From the NCBI GenBank assembly GCA_036172245.1, contig JAYWIR010000006.1, positions 4,836,001-4,900,000 on the forward strand: DNA of 64,000 bases, given 5' to 3'. This document shows positions 21,496 through 36,200 of this stretch, one piece after another. The notes beneath the pieces were generated by a model that made no database searches, had not been told where the DNA came from, and saw only the letters and a program-made list of their open reading frames with translations. Numbering within the stretch: the first letter of the stretch is position 1; every line of letters begins with the position of its first letter. Source of the stretch: Raillietiella orientalis (Eukaryota). The translations under genes were made by a program, and so were the position numbers.

Positions 21496-21937
21496 AGATA
21501 ATCTTGTATGGAATCTGCAGTGCGTATTTGATATAAAAGGCGATTTATGTACTTGCGTTCCCTTTTATTTACATGGTGTTTACTCATTATCGACGTTATC
21601 ACGAGTATTAGGAGTAATTAGCAGTGTTGCAGACCCCCTTTTTTTAAGGGGGGGGGGAGGCCTCAGGTGTACGAATAGGTGGAAGAAAGGAAATCACTAT
21701 ACATAATCATGTTTGTCTTATATACAGGTTTTGCGGCTGCATTTGAATCGTATTGTAATCAACAAAGTGACTTTCCATGGATCTCCAACCGGTCCAACCC
21801 GAGAAGGAACGTGCGTTTCCGACATATGCAGATTCGTGCTTGCATGTGGCGAACCCGAGTCAGCGTGGACCGGCGTGTTGCGCCCATCGCCCAGCATATG
21901 AGCTTGTCGAGGAAGCGAACGTGTGTGTACGTGTTCT

Positions 21938-21941
<4 letters not shown>

Positions 21942-21968
<27 letters not shown>
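21942..21968. repeat. (TG)n microsatellite
   Basis: gtgtgtgtgtgtgtgtgtgtgtgtgtg. Confidence 0.9.
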
Positions 21969-24240
21969 GTGGCCACCAGTGATGGTCGCAAACGACATGG
22001 TTCCAGAAGTGAGAGAGAGACTGGCGTCCTGCACAGACGGGGATCTCTGCCACCAGTCGTCTGCATTTTCGATCGGGCCGAAGGAAAATGCTTGCCATTC
22101 GTGGTGCGTTTGCCCGGGCCATGTAACACAGCGTGGAACTTGTCCGTGCTGGAGCGAAAGTGCTGGGGAAGGCATGTCTGCTTCCTTTTGGAATGTATGC
22201 CATCCCGAAAAGTAGACGTACGTGTGCAGTCAGCACGACACCAGTCTGCGTTTACAGCAGTGGCTCTGGAAATCTGCAGCAGCTGGGCTGAAAAAAACGT
22301 TGCTTGGGCTCGCCTGAATACCAGAAGCCTCGTCAACATGAGAGAATCTGGTGGTGCGCAGGGAAGGGGGGATCTTCGGAGATTTTTTTTTCATCCAGTT
22401 GTAAGTTGTTGACGCCCTAAGGGTGGGTGGGACTTGGACCAACGATTCCTTGGTGGGGATCGGTGCGGTTGGACCGCGTCCGAGTGATGGTCCGAGCGGA
22501 GATCCGCTCTCGAAGGCAAGGTTCGGAATGCCTGGCAGAGACAGGTTCACCGTTTTGGCGCGAGAGCCCGCCTACATCTCGCGCCAATTCTTCCTGCATC
22601 TCCTTTCTATCTAGCCTGTAGTCGAAGCTCTCGGTGGCTGAACACAGACACATGAATCCGGAAACCGCACTTGATTAACAGGCCATCTCATCATTAAAGG
22701 TAATTCGCAAACGCTGGCGTTCCGCGAACGTACCAGTGCTTTGATCAAGTCGTGTCAAGGGGGAGGCTGCATCCTCAGTTCCCCCTATTCCGAGTTTGTG
22801 AAATTGTTTGCACCTTTTGAAAACGGGATCCACGATTACAGCTGTTTGTCATCAACACGAGTACACTGCTACACATCCTGTGCGGAATCCTGTTTGTTCC
22901 CCCCCCCCCCTCCCATCCCGGAAAAACGCCTGTCTCCCAGCAGAGTCGCAAAGAGCGCGTATTCCGTTTGTTATCTTGAGCTGTCTTCCCCTGCGTTTGC
23001 TCCTCGTGATCACGCGCACGCGGAGATGGTTTCCTCCCGTTCGAAACGTTTGTCGCTCCCTCCGTGGGCTCCCGGGCCTGTCTTTCGCGGAACATCCTGG
23101 ACCGTTTTTGCGGATCACTTGCGAAACCGGCAACGAACTCCAGCATAAGCTGCAGAGGATGAGAGGGGAACGCCGTTCGGCGGAGCAGCGTGGGATAAAG
23201 AGATCTGCGCGAGTTTATCTCTTCGGGGATCACATTCCATGCTGAGCGCCCAGCTCTCCGTAATTGAAAGGCCGTCAAACTGGGCGGAAGGCTCCGCTTT
23301 GCACGCTTTCCACGAAATCCACACAATCGGCCCCCCGCTTGCTGGCTGCGGACCGGGCAGGTCCTTCTGGCGCTGACCAGTGGATTTTCCACTGGTGAAT
23401 GAAACACTTTCATTGCACACTTTTCAAGAAATTGAAGTTCCGTTTTACATGTACTTAAGGCAGCTGGATAACTACGGAAAGGCGTTCCGATGCCAGAAAC
23501 AGTTTAGTTTGAAAAAGGAAAAGGATGATGAAAATCCGTTGCGCTGCCCTGGAGTCACAGGTTTTTTTTTCCCTCTCGAGGGATAAAAAGAAAGGAGATA
23601 CGAGAGAGATGAAAGATCCTCGAGCTCCACGCAGACAGTATCCTTTCTTTACACGCAGTGTTGCTTCGTTTGGTGTTTTCCAAGTGTCGGACGGCAACCT
23701 GCTTCCGGATCCTCTCGCAACACCCCTTTGAAAGACGAGTGGTTACGAAACGGAAACGGTTCGCAATCCTCTCGTCCGTTGGAAACTGCTTCGTGAATGG
23801 TGCGCGGATTTCCCAATCCCGCCTGTGGACGGTGACGGCGAGGACTGGGAATCGTGGACGGCTGGGAACGTGCAAGAAGGAAGGAAAAGAACGAGTCGGT
23901 CGGCAGTCGCCCTCCTGCGCTGCACCGTAGGTTTTCCTCGAGTGTCGTTTGGCCACGCAGACTGTGGTCGAGGGAATCCAAGTTTCTTTCCGAGCTGGGC
24001 AGAGTTCCTTTTTCCGTGGTGCGAGCGAGACTTTTCGTTTTGCGAGAACGTCTTGCTTTTTTTTTTTTTTTTGATTCTAGTGGAGCTGTGTTTGGTTGAG
24101 AAAGATGGTTCCGATCGTAAGAGAGTTGGCTTCATTCCGCGTGGAACGCGAGCGAAGGTCCCCGGAGGGTGTGCCGTGTCTCCACGCAAACCGGGAGACG
24201 GTCGAGACGCTCACGGGAACGGAACGAAGAAGCCGTTTAT

Positions 24241-27200
24241 TCACTGCGGAACAACGCTGTGTGCAGTCTGCGCGGAAGAGCTTTGGCGTTTCGCCGAAGA
24301 ATCACTCGCGAAAGTGAAATAGTGCGTCACAGAATCCCTGACGTTGGTCGGGATCGGATCGGTCGGATCTACCGACCTCGCCTTTTCCAAGACCTCGTTC
24401 AGGAGAGCCGTCGCGGTTTCGAATTCTCGCAGGATGTTTTCGTAATGTGCACGCAGGAGTGGCAGCTTTCGCCTGTTTTTGGCTGGAATCATCGCGGAGT
24501 CGCACCTTGCCCGGGCGCAAGCAGACTTACATTTCAGATACAAGTGCAGCATCCCCATCGCTGACTGCTTTAATGATCGGAAAGGATATTTGGGTTTGCG
24601 CGCTGCCACATACGCCAGCGCATCTGTCAACAAATCGACAACCGTCTGTTCCAGGTATCCGAGGGCCGGGAGCAGGTTCAGCTGGAAAGGATCGGCTGTC
24701 TCCACGAAGTTGGTTGCACAATTCTTTTTTCCTTCCCCTTTCTTTTTTCTTTTTACCTGCAGGTTTACTTTATTGGGAGGAATTTTAGCGATGAGTCGTA
24801 CGTTGCTGTACAGTTGTGGTTGCATCATGAATTTATCGGCGCACTTCTCGCTGCAAAAAGCGTACGTTTTCCCTCGGTAGGATACCGTGTAGGAGGGATT
24901 TCCAGGAACCACACTGTGATACCTACATACATTGGCACAATGTCACGAACTTGCCTCGATGACGTCTTGTCAGCGCATAGGGAGGGCATCGCAAAGGTGG
25001 CGGGGTTCGGGTGGTGGGCGTGCAAGAAAGCATGCAAAGAACAACGCAGCTTCCAACGGACCTTTTTTTTTTTTTTTTTTTTTTTTTGCATAAATGCACC
25101 TTTTCTAAGAATTGTGGTGGCTCTTGGTGGCGTCGCATTCGGTATCTGCACCGTTCGAGGGTGACTCCAGTTGCATTCGTTGCACAGTTTGCCTTGCTCG
25201 TAGCCATCGGCATCTTCTTGGAGCCTCGAAACCTTGGTGTTTTCTGCTTGCTTGCTTGTTTCCACGGCTTTCGACCTCACCCGAATTGTTTCACGTGTCC
25301 CAGCCAAGCATCTTCATCCGTATCATTTCGTGTCTGTCGCCATTCTCAAGTGGATGTGTCTGCGACTGCGACTTCCGTTTCGATGGCAGGCAGCGTTGTA
25401 GGATTCTCGTGCAAGATTCCATGCCCACCCACTCGCCCACCCACCCCAGAAAAGAAGAGAGAGAGAGAGAGAGAGAAAAAAATGGGATTTTCATCTGGAC
25501 GTCTATTCTGGGAAATTGATTCCCTCGGAACCAAATGTCGAAAACGTGGACTGTACGCAGCAAATGTGATGGTACTTGTGATAATCTGCGAGGAGACTAG
25601 CGCGCTCCGTCGCATCGCCCGCGATGCGGGCGGCCATTGAAAAGAACCTTTCGGGCCGCACACGTCTGCGAATTTCTTTCTTCCTCCTTGCTCCTATTTC
25701 ATCGGCGACATAATAGTCCTCGTCGAAGCATACATCGCCATTTCGCAGCAGTCCATGAACAGATGCTCCCCTGTGTGGCTACATGTGTTAGCATTTTGTG
25801 GCTTTCCGTGGGTCTTGAGAGCTCGTGTGGTTCAGGAAGTCCCGTGGTTTTCCTTTCTCCCATGTCCTGTGCGTACTACCAGTGCAAGGCGTTCCGGTTA
25901 GTTTGGGAACTCTCTTTTTGACACCTTGAACGAGTGCTGTAGATGGTTTCAGACTAATTTAGGTCAAAAGTTTTTGTTTGTTTGTTTGTCCGTTTTTTTT
26001 TTTTGTTCCTTTTTGTTTTTCCGTACTTCGATGCGGGAGCTGCTTGAGTTCACCGCCATCATATATGTTTGCGTACATTCCTTAGTGGTGGATTTTACAT
26101 TACATGTCCGATTGGACCGGAATGTTTTGTCGGCTGTACGGATGAACTTGCTTGGATGCACTTCGTGCAGGCATGCCAAGTGTAAAGCACAGTGAAAACG
26201 GGTGCTTCTCGTGGGTCTCCGATCGCTCAAACTTCATGCTTTTTTCGTTCTTCTTTTTCCTCTTTCTGCAAATGGAAAAATCGGCGGTGTTTGCAACGAT
26301 TCGGCCACAATCATTTCGCACAACGCCAAAGTGCAGCCTCTCTCGCTTTGATGCGAGTTCTCATCGCCTGGTTCGTGTACGCGTGTCCCCCCCTCCCCCT
26401 TAAGGATTAACGATTCTTCCGTACAAATTGCTCTTCGATTCGGTAAGCCAAGTTGGCTGCTTGTTGCAGGTCTCCAGCAAGAATCCGTTCGGCGGCTTGG
26501 TGTTCCCGTTTGCCTCGAGCACGTACGAAGGCATTTGGGGGTCATCTGCATTGGTGTTCAACGTGAGGGATCGCAACGCAGGATCGCGGGCATGTGACGC
26601 ATTAGGTCGCAACTCGAGTGCAACAAGCTGCCGCCAGCAGTGCACACGTGTAGGAGGAAATCTCGACCGCCTCGCAAGTGTCCGTCGTTCACATGACCCC
26701 ATTGCGAGGCTTAGCGCTCATCAGCCTGCGGCCTCCCGGACTCCTCCTGTCGAATGCGGCTCCTCAAACCAAGGCATGCCGACCTTGCCAGAGAAATGAC
26801 GGTAGTACCAGTTGCAAATCCTGTTCGTGCTTGCATCTTGAGTTACGTGAACTCACGGGTACGTGGGCATCTGAGCGACACGCAGCTTGAGCGGTTTTCA
26901 TGGGGACATTCCCGATGTTCTCTCGTCAGTGCCGCAGGGATGTGAAATGGCACGTTTCCACTTATTTATGTTTGTCGCCCGAGGTCGTTCGCAGCGGACG
27001 GATGGACGTGTAGATTCGGGGATTTTATGGACGTGCAAAAGAGATAACCGGAATCTGCGGAATCACAGACCTTTGTTTCCCGTCGATGTACGTGACAGGA
27101 CAGTAGCTCCCAAACGCCATCTTTTCGCTTCCGGTTGTCGTCACTCTGCGGGGAAGGAAGTGTGGCAGCCGTATTTTAGAAACGTCCAAACTTGTTGAAT

Positions 27201-30200
27201 CGCGTAAGAAATTCTCAAAGTGGTTTTCGCAGAATTTATAGTACGCTCTCTAAAAAAAAAATCAGAGGATGTTCCCCCCCCCCCCCCCCCCGGCAAATGG
27301 CACAGTTAATCCCTTCCAAGCTCATCCATCAAAAATTCATGGAATGAATTGAAAACGAGACAAAATAATGCATAAACTGCCGGTGGGTATTTCGATTCAA
27401 GTAAAATGAGGTGATTTTAATGATTGAAATGACAGAATTGAAAGATTACTTTGAATTCCACAGCGAATGTCAGTGTTTTGTCAACGCTTCGATCGTTTAA
27501 TACTTCGTACATCGCCAGGCACGTGGGACAGTACTGTTGCAGTTGACCAAGCTGCTTGGTAAATTCTTTCTCTACGATGCATAGGCCATCGATGCTTGCA
27601 GGTAAACCTATCGTTGCAAAAAGTACTTTCGATTAGCTGCATCACCAAAAATCGGAGGGCAACATGAAATCACAGTATAATAGGTGCGAATGGTGGAATC
27701 AGCATGCAGTTCGCGCGAGCTGGCCGTTTTCACTGCGTTTTTTCGAAGGCGGCGACGGTGCGCCAAAAGCGTGTCGAAGAGTGGTGCTTGCAGTGCGGGT
27801 GTGCACAGCGGCGGCACAGCAGGGAGGTGAACAAGGGAGAGAATTCACACTTAGACGCCCAGAGACAAAAAGTCATCCCGGGTCGGTAAGCTCGGCGCGC
27901 AGAAGTTCGTGCAGGGTCGTCGAATCGACTTCTTCGAGGGAACATCCAGGAGCGGAAGCTCTCATCCAAGCCCCCTGGGTTCACCATAGTAACTTTTGGC
28001 CGGCATTGGCATTCTTTGAGGATGTCGTCGTACGGATCGGATTACTTCGTTACGGATTGATTGCCCGCATCTCCGCAGGGCCATGTTCCTTCTTTTTAGT
28101 TCTCCCGATTTTCACCCCCTACGCGTAAGGAGTGCTGAGGCGCCGCCGACCGATCTTGCTTGAAGAGCAAAAGATACAGTTTGCATCATTTACAACCACT
28201 ACCGCCACTTGCATTTCACCGGGAGGATCGGCAGGATGCTTTTCTGTTTCTGTTTTACTTTCATCACGTTCTCGGCTGGCTTACTTGTTTTTCTGGAAGC
28301 ACATCGTGCTCGTGACCCTTCCTGTCATCCCGTGTTTCTGCGTTTCCATTCATTCGGAACGGTTTTTTAGGAGTGAAGGTGTGTGCGTGTGACCTTTACG
28401 TATGCGAGGAAGAAAGATTTCTCTTTCGTGTCCGAAATTCCGACCGTATTTCCCTGCGCATCGGCAGATTCGTCACCAAGACGAGCCACTAACTGTGTGT
28501 GCCACTAACACATCTTGGTCCTTGGATGGTAGTCAGCTTTTAGATGCAAAATCACGAGGTACTCGAAAAGTGCGTGGCAAACGCAGACGCGCATGCAGGT
28601 TTCACATGTGTGTGCCGTTACACTTGTGTGAGCATGCTCATACCACTTCTTTACTCTGGGAGGGGGAGGGGGGAGAAAGAAAGACAGAAAATCATCATCC
28701 GTTGGCGCACGGATTCACGAAATCCTTTGATGTAGGTATCAGAAAGTTGTCCAACTCTTAAGGAAACAACGGTCGGATAGTCCGCCAAAAAAAAAAAAAT
28801 TTTCTCTCATTTTTACGCAGATCTGGTGAAGATTGCTCAACTCGTGTTAAACGCATGGTTAAAGCTGTGCTCATCATAAATTGGATCGTGCTCTTTGATC
28901 AAGCGGAAATTCCAGTAGTTGATAAGCTCAGAACAAGGATTCCACGTTTCGAAGCGTGCTGTATAGTGTGACAGCTCCATCGTCATTAGCAAAAGTTTAA
29001 TTTTTCACGAATGAAAGTATGGAATTCCGCAAAAGCGTTTGCAACGAGCGCGCGCTGCCGATGAAGAATCCGTCGTTATTACCTGCAGCTAGTCTTTTGT
29101 AATAGCGTGCTATCTGAGTTATTTTCCGTAAAGCTGCTTTCCTGGCTTCGTTCCATATCCACCATTCGCTGCGTCCGTCCGTGTCCAACGTCAGCAAGTT
29201 CTTGTGCTCTTGCCGGTACCACTCGGTTACATTTCGCACCGTGTCGTCGTACGCCTGGTATTGGTGGCACAGCAGAGAAGAACTGTCTACGAATTCATAA
29301 CTGGCGGCACAAAGGAAGAGAGCGTAAGCTGAAGTGGTATCAGAAAAAGGTCGTTTGAGAAGAATCAGATCGCGAAGATTTGTAATAATGAAAAGGAACC
29401 GAGGAGCCCATTATCCTTCGCCGGGTCACGTGTAAGAACGAATGTATAGTAACTCTACGTACTTTTCTTCCGGGATGCCTTTTCTGTTCCTCAAGCATTT
29501 TCTCAGGGAAGCGCTCAACTCGATTACCAGAAACGGGATGATGAGGTTCTGTGTCATCGAGTCGACCTGTTCTCTTGATTGAGGGAACCCGTCGAGGATG
29601 CATCCACGTGTCTGTATTCTGTCAAGAGAGAAGGCACCTCAGTAGCATCACCATCAGACGACCGCTTGAGAAATTCGTTTCCGTGAAAGTGAAGACAATC
29701 GAACTTTCCATCGCACGGAGAGGTGAGCCGGAAGAGTATGCAGGCGACGCTCGACCGAGAAAGAAGCTCGTGTCTTTTACCTGGTGTCGAGAAAGCAAAC
29801 ATTCAGAGCTTTCATGGCCAAATTCGGCGGCACGGTAGATCCCTGACGCAGGTGAGCCTGCATCTCCGCAGCCAGGCAGGATTCTGGATGATCTGCGAGG
29901 ACTCGACGAATCGCGCTCCCCAGGGATACCCGCACGGATCCGTATTCTCTTTCGATTCGCCGGCACACTGTACGGTTTGCGTGGTGGTGTGCACCACCTC
30001 CGTCGACATGGCATTCTTTCACGCAATGCAAACATACACGTCGTCTTTCCGCATTTGGGAGGTCCTATGACAGCCATCCTGATGGGGACAATGACTCCAG
30101 GAATCGGAGAGCCGTAAATGTACTTCAGGGGATTGCGGATGAAAGATTCGCAGGCTTTCTGCGTGTCTTGGAATTTCCCGGACTATTAAACCTCTATCAT

Positions 30201-33200
30201 GCGAGGGTACTTACGGAGAAAATATACGTAATTTCTCCAAATGGCTGGAAAAGTAGTGTCGAAAGGGTTGGGTTGAATGGCAGATTCCTCCTCGTCAAGT
30301 AGCTTTATGGGGAGAAAGAACGCAGCTTGCGAGCGCGCTCATCCCCAGCTCAATGGAACGCATGCGCGGCTGCGCGCCGCGGCGGACGGGACGGAAGGGA
30401 CGCAAAGAGCTCCGAACAACTGTGAACACCTCGGCTGTTGTCTCAGGGTGGTCAGGCTCTCCAGACCTGCGATGCCCGGTGGTCTGAACAGCAGCACGCG
30501 AGTCCCGCAAGGAGAGCGATGGGTCGAGATGAGCGAAGCTGGCTCGATCGTTACTCCGAAGCGAAGTTGTCTTCTCCCGCGAGTTCCCGTGCATCACACT
30601 TTGCCCACGGAGATGTCGATGCAGCCCGAGATGAACTCGCGCGGAATGCAGGTCCCACTCGGAAGAGCTGCACCCGCGTGTGGCTGCTCGCCGCAGTAGG
30701 CGAGCAGCAGCCCGTTCCATTGGACTGGCGCGAATGCAGTTTGCGCAGTTTCGGTACTCTTCATTAGGCATGTATGCGTATGCGTTTTGCCTTTCAGAAG
30801 TCAGTTGTCCGCTCAGAGGTCACGGAATCTCTTTTCTTCGGCACTGGGGCAGAAAGATGGATAAAACGTATCCGAGGGATAAAGGGGGGAAGCGATCAGA
30901 AATTCCCGAATCCAGAAAGGTAAACTTCAAGTTCGTAGGGAGCGGATTCCCTTCCCAACATGACTTTTGTACCGAGTGTAGGTGCACACGGTGCGGGGGG
31001 GGGGGGCAGCATCTGTACCACCGCCATCCGCACACGTGTCGTTTCCGTCGAAGACTCCGTAAGGATTAACCTGAAATCGAGCTTTTCGGAAAATTCGGGA
31101 GCGTCCTTTTGGGGTATCGGAAAAGGTGGTGAGTCCAAGAAGGTTTCTGCGGAGGAAAAGATGGGGAGACACGGTCGACCTTCTCTTCGCCACTCGTCCT
31201 GGACCACGCTCCGGAAGAGCCGAAGATGGGACGGCGGTGGAGAAGAGGAAATTGCTACCTGGAAACGAACCGAGGGCGGATGGAATGGAGGTTCCTCGCA
31301 TTCCAGTCGGACGCGGACGAAGGGAAAGGAAGGCGCACGAGGAAAGGAGGAGGGAGGATGGACGCCTCTGTTCAACGTGTAGCGGCAAAATGCTTTGCCG
31401 CATCTCCCACTCGACAATAAGAGGCCGTCGGTCGCAGCGTTTAGAGGAACGGTGGTGCGCTCAGCACATGCCAGAAATTTCGAAATGCCGAATCGATCGG
31501 TCACGCAGCAGTCCGACCTCCAGCCCGTGTTTGCCAACGGAACGGGGGGATTCAAGAAGAGGCGAGCGGAGCGGAGGCATTTCTTCCGGAAAAACAAAAA
31601 AAAAAAGAACGCGCCTGCGGAGTTTGGGGTTGCGCGCAACCTCCCGTAAACAGCGGAGCCTACGCGAGTACCGTGAACCCTGAAGGCATGAAAGCCCGTA
31701 GAAGGAAACGCGTGCGTGTCCGCAAGAAGGTCGGAAACGCGAGTACACCCAACCTCTTCTCTTCGTGGAAGATTTGGTCCTGCGCCGGGGTCATTTTCTC
31801 CTTCGAACGAATCCACCTGGGGTACACACGTACTCTTTGTCATCGCGTGAGACTGCATTTGCGAGCTGGTTGCGTGCGATTTCGGAATGGGTGGAAAGTG
31901 ATCGAGGGTGGCTTCGTGTGTTTGCGTTCGCACGCACGTGGTGAGACCGGAGATTCCTTTTCATGCAGCATACCGTCGAAGGATCGTAAAATCATTTTTA
32001 AAGCAGCAGAAGAATAGAAGGAGCTGCTTGTCTCGTGGAAGGTCTGGGCATGGAAATCACTGTTCCTTGCCAGCGAGAGCCTCCATCTCTAGGAGTCCTG
32101 CCAGGGGAAACAGGAATGCGGTCCGGAAAAATAGGAATGGGTATCTGTTAAGGTCATCAGGTTTCAAAGGCACAGTTCAGCTCAATGGTCTGAGAGGACG
32201 CAAGTCTCTTCCGTTTATCGTTCCGGCCAAAAAACGTGACGTTGGCGCGTGGGTGATTCCAGCAGCATTCGTGCTTCGCGAATCCTGCGGGTCTCTCGCA
32301 GCCACAGATGCTTGGAGACTGGAAAGTCGGTATCCGTTCCGTGGTGCATCCGCACGCGGCGAGATCCCGGCATTGCGTCAGGTGTCTGGGGGTCCGCTGA
32401 ATGCGTGCTTTCAGGTCGCAGAATCCGTGCTCGCGCCCACACGGATTCCAGTGCCTCTGCGGGCCGGCTTGCAGGTAAGCCTTCTTCGCGCAGCGCACTG
32501 CCCACCTCAGCAAACGAAGCTTGTCGTTCCGAGTTGGGAAAAAACTTTTCCGAGGACAACCCGGACAAGTGGAAAGACATCACATCCCCTTGTCCGGGGG
32601 TTGTTGTCGTACCGAATCCGAGAAGCGTTTTCTGCATCCACTCGTTCTCTTCACGAAAGCAGAGCACTGTATACCACGCATGCTGGAAGCTGCTGCTGCA
32701 TCCCGAGGACGCATTTGATACTATCAGTGGGAAGCACTCAGTCTCGAAGAGCGAGGAGTCAGATTTGAAAGATTTAACGAAGGCGTACGATTAGTTGGCC
32801 GCAAAGATGTCAGCATCTTTCTAAAGTTGGATTTTAAAAAAGTCGCACTGGCACAGGTCACAGTGGAGGAATTCCGTGCAAGACGATTGCAAAGAAGTAA
32901 ATTGTGAAGAGGCGCAAAAAAAAAAAAACTTCCGAGGAAAGGTTTTTGTTTCGTCACAAAGTATAATGTTTCAGAAATCTTCTAGTAATTCTGCGAAAAT
33001 TGTTACCGGAGGATGAGCGCGGTCATGGAAACCGATCGTGATTTCTGATTAATGGTAGCTATAACAGTTAGGAAGATCATTATCGCATCATTATTTAGGG
33101 AAAAAGCAGCGTGCTGGTTTCGTTCCGTCCTGGGATGGACCCGGAACGCTTTCCGTACACCTTCGCGAGCCAGACGGCCTCTCCAGTTTGCAGACGATGT

Positions 33201-36200
33201 GAAGTTTGTGCCTGGAGGGATCGCTGGAGTGGTTGTGTTTCGCCTGTTGTGATTCTGGACGACGTGCATGCCGGGCCTCTTTCGCGCGCAAAGCGTGCCT
33301 ATAGGTACCACCTATTCCGTTAAAGGGTTCACGGCTTTCTTGCGAACACATTTCATGAATAATAACGACGTGTGGACCACTGGATATTTATCGCGGGGGA
33401 GTTGTTATTCGTGCAGTTTTTTTAAAGACCTCATTCGGGCTTTGCTGATTGCCAGCTACGAGAGGAAGAAAAAAAAAAAGAAAAGAATGGAAGCAGCGTT
33501 TCCTTTGTTTGGGAAGAGGTGACATGATCGTAAGACAGCTGTACTTATACGTAGGTATAGGTATACGTGTGTGCGCGCGTGCATGTGTGTGTTTTACTTT
33601 TGAATGTCTCCCGATTCGGTTGCTTCGCTTGCAGTGCGGGTCTTTGGGACTGCAGACGCAGGAAGAAACAGGATGCGGATCCAGGAAATCGCACCGTTCG
33701 AAGCCATGGGCACGCATCCGTGTAATCAAAAGTTTCCCGTGGGAATGCTGATTTGTGCGGAATTTTTTAAGCAGTCGATGAGCAGCAGCAAGGGAGCATG
33801 AGCATCCCAATAAACGCGGAAAACAAAAAACAAAAAAAAAAGGAGGGGGGGGGGAAGGGAGGAAACGTTTCGGCCCTTGAGGAATCAGTGGGATGATGGC
33901 AGGACGGCTCACGGGGCACGAATTTCACACGAGCAACGTGATTCTGTGGAACGAATTTCAAAGCACTCGACCCCTCCCCCCCCCCTTTCCCCTCCCCCGT
34001 TGGAAGCGGAGAGTGTTCCCACAGTTCACTGCCGCAAAGCAAACAAAGGCTCACTGCGTTTCCTACTTTGCATATCAGTCGCAATGGGCAGGCGAGTTGA
34101 TCATCGTGTCGCTTTCAAATCAGCCGGTCACTCTGGAGAAGCCGATCTGATCTTGACACGATAGCCGGAAACTTTGTGCACCGGATTCCGATTTCCCAGG
34201 GATTCCGGGCGCTCGTGATCCATATATGGAGATGCCACCATCATTACTTGGCCAAAGATACGAATCGATTGCATACGAACACTCTCCCTTCTTTAGCCAT
34301 CGAGCGGGCTGCTCGATCGTTCGAGGCCGGCTGGCGGGCGGGGAGGTACGAAAGCAGTGTACCCACAGTGAGCAACCCAAAGGATAAGTCGGCTCGGTCC
34401 TGTGATTCCTGTGAGAAGGGAAACCTGGCACTCTTTCAAAAGGAGCGTTGCAAGGGAGCCAGGAGGGAGCGTGAACAGCTCGACTGTCCGCCTGCCTGAT
34501 TCCAAAAAGCGGCGAAGCGCGAGTGGACGCGTCTCTCCGCGCGGGCAGAGGATGGAGTGGTCGGTGGGAGGCAGACTGCAGCCGGTCAAGGAGTGTCAGA
34601 GAGTAAACTTTTCCGAAACCGAGAGCGCGAAAGGGGCTCCCACTTGAGCGAGAGGGCACATGCCAGGCCCTCATCGAGTGTAGGGTCAGCAGCAGGAAAA
34701 GCTTCCCGCCTTCCATTTCCCCGCGGCGACCCCAAGTACGTACCTTCACCGGGCACCACCTTCCGAAAACACTCAAGAGTTTGTAACCTCTGCCGAGGAG
34801 GACGCGGGCAGTGCGCATCGTGACGGGGCGCACAACCTCGCAGATGCTTTCCCGTGATCCTTTCAGATATCCGCCCAGTTTCTTCCAGGGAACGCTCTCG
34901 CTGCTTCCCGGCTTGAAAGCACCTTCAATCTCGACAACAGGAACGTGGATGCTCCGCATCTCGTCCTTGAAGGAAATTATCGTGATCGGGAATTGCGTCG
35001 TTCCAGGATTAGGGAAGTTGAAAAGGCATCGACTCCACGAGTGAAAACCGGTTGTGCATTTGAGGACTGTCTGATCTCGAGGAATTTCGTGTGACGCGGG
35101 GGACGCGTGCGTGGTGGAGACGCGTCGGCAAATATTCACCAGAATGTCCTTCAGTTTCGTGTCGTCGGCTTCCGTCCACGACTCCAGAGTCTGCTGCACG
35201 CGTTCGGCGAACTCATCCGCCGTTTCGGTGGGCGTCTCGTGGTCGTCTCCTTCGTTTTCTTCTTGGGCGGAAAACTCGGCATCCAGAGTCTCCTCAATTA
35301 TTTCCATCTGCTTTGAATTTAGACGAGAAATCTCGTCTGCTTCGGGATTTTCGGAAGATTGTCCCATTCCCTCCTTCTCCATGTTCTCAATCAATTCTCT
35401 TTTTCGCTCTTCTCTCTTTAAAAGTTTCATTGCGATCTGCCTTTGTTGTTTTAGCGATCTTTCATGCATTTTTAAGTCGTTGACGGCTTCCCATCCCGTC
35501 ATAAAAACAGGGAGCATTCTTCTGATGATAGCCTCGGTGTCAGCCTGCAAATAAAACGTTTATTTATTCATTTACACCTCATTCCGGAGAAGGGAACAGC
35601 AGGCTTCTCGCGAATGCATTCGAAATCTGCATGCCGCGTGATAATTAGGATTTACGGACGGTTGATGGAAGTGAAGTTGAAACGAATTGATTGGAGAGGT
35701 TTTCTTTCTTTTTTCCTTCGTTTGTTTGTCTGAGGACGAGGAGCCCAGCGGCTCTGGGGCGGCAGCGCCGTTGACTGACGCCATGTGGAAGGCAAGTGCT
35801 TGGTTGATGCGGGTATTCGACGGCGCCCACAAACCAAATGCGGGGCAGCTGAAAGCGCGCGCCCGCTGGTAAATGAATCTCGCATGCTCGGGGAAATTTC
35901 TGCTCTAATTAAATTTCCCCTGGAAAGTGCATCTCTCGCTTCGAAGGATGGGATTAACCTATGGCTGACTACTCTTGTGAATTTGTTTTCAAATTGCTTG
36001 ATGGAGCTTTCCGTTTCGGAAGAGGAGTTCTGCGGACGGCACATTCGCTGTTGATTTTCTTTCTTTCTCTTTTGCCTCTCTCCGTGCGAATTTTAAAATG
36101 CCATCTTTGAGCCGGAGGAAGCGGACAGGATTTTCAAGGAAAGTACCTTACAAAATATGAAAGGCGATTTCATTGTCCCTCGTTTTACTTCAGGCGTTTC

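Noticed and set aside
21679..24200. ORFs between DCAF11 and AK9 (e.g. 21777-22412, 22417-22653, 22775-23413)
   Set aside because: No recognisable domain; some run through microsatellites; no consistent exon chain could be built.
30896..32794. 345-aa and 286-aa ORFs in an AK9 intron
   Set aside because: They run through homopolymer tracts, have no domain signature and overlap multiple equally long frames.
34120..35550. 476-aa ORF as a standalone gene
   Set aside because: It is two AK9 exons read through an in-frame intron plus downstream intronic sequence.
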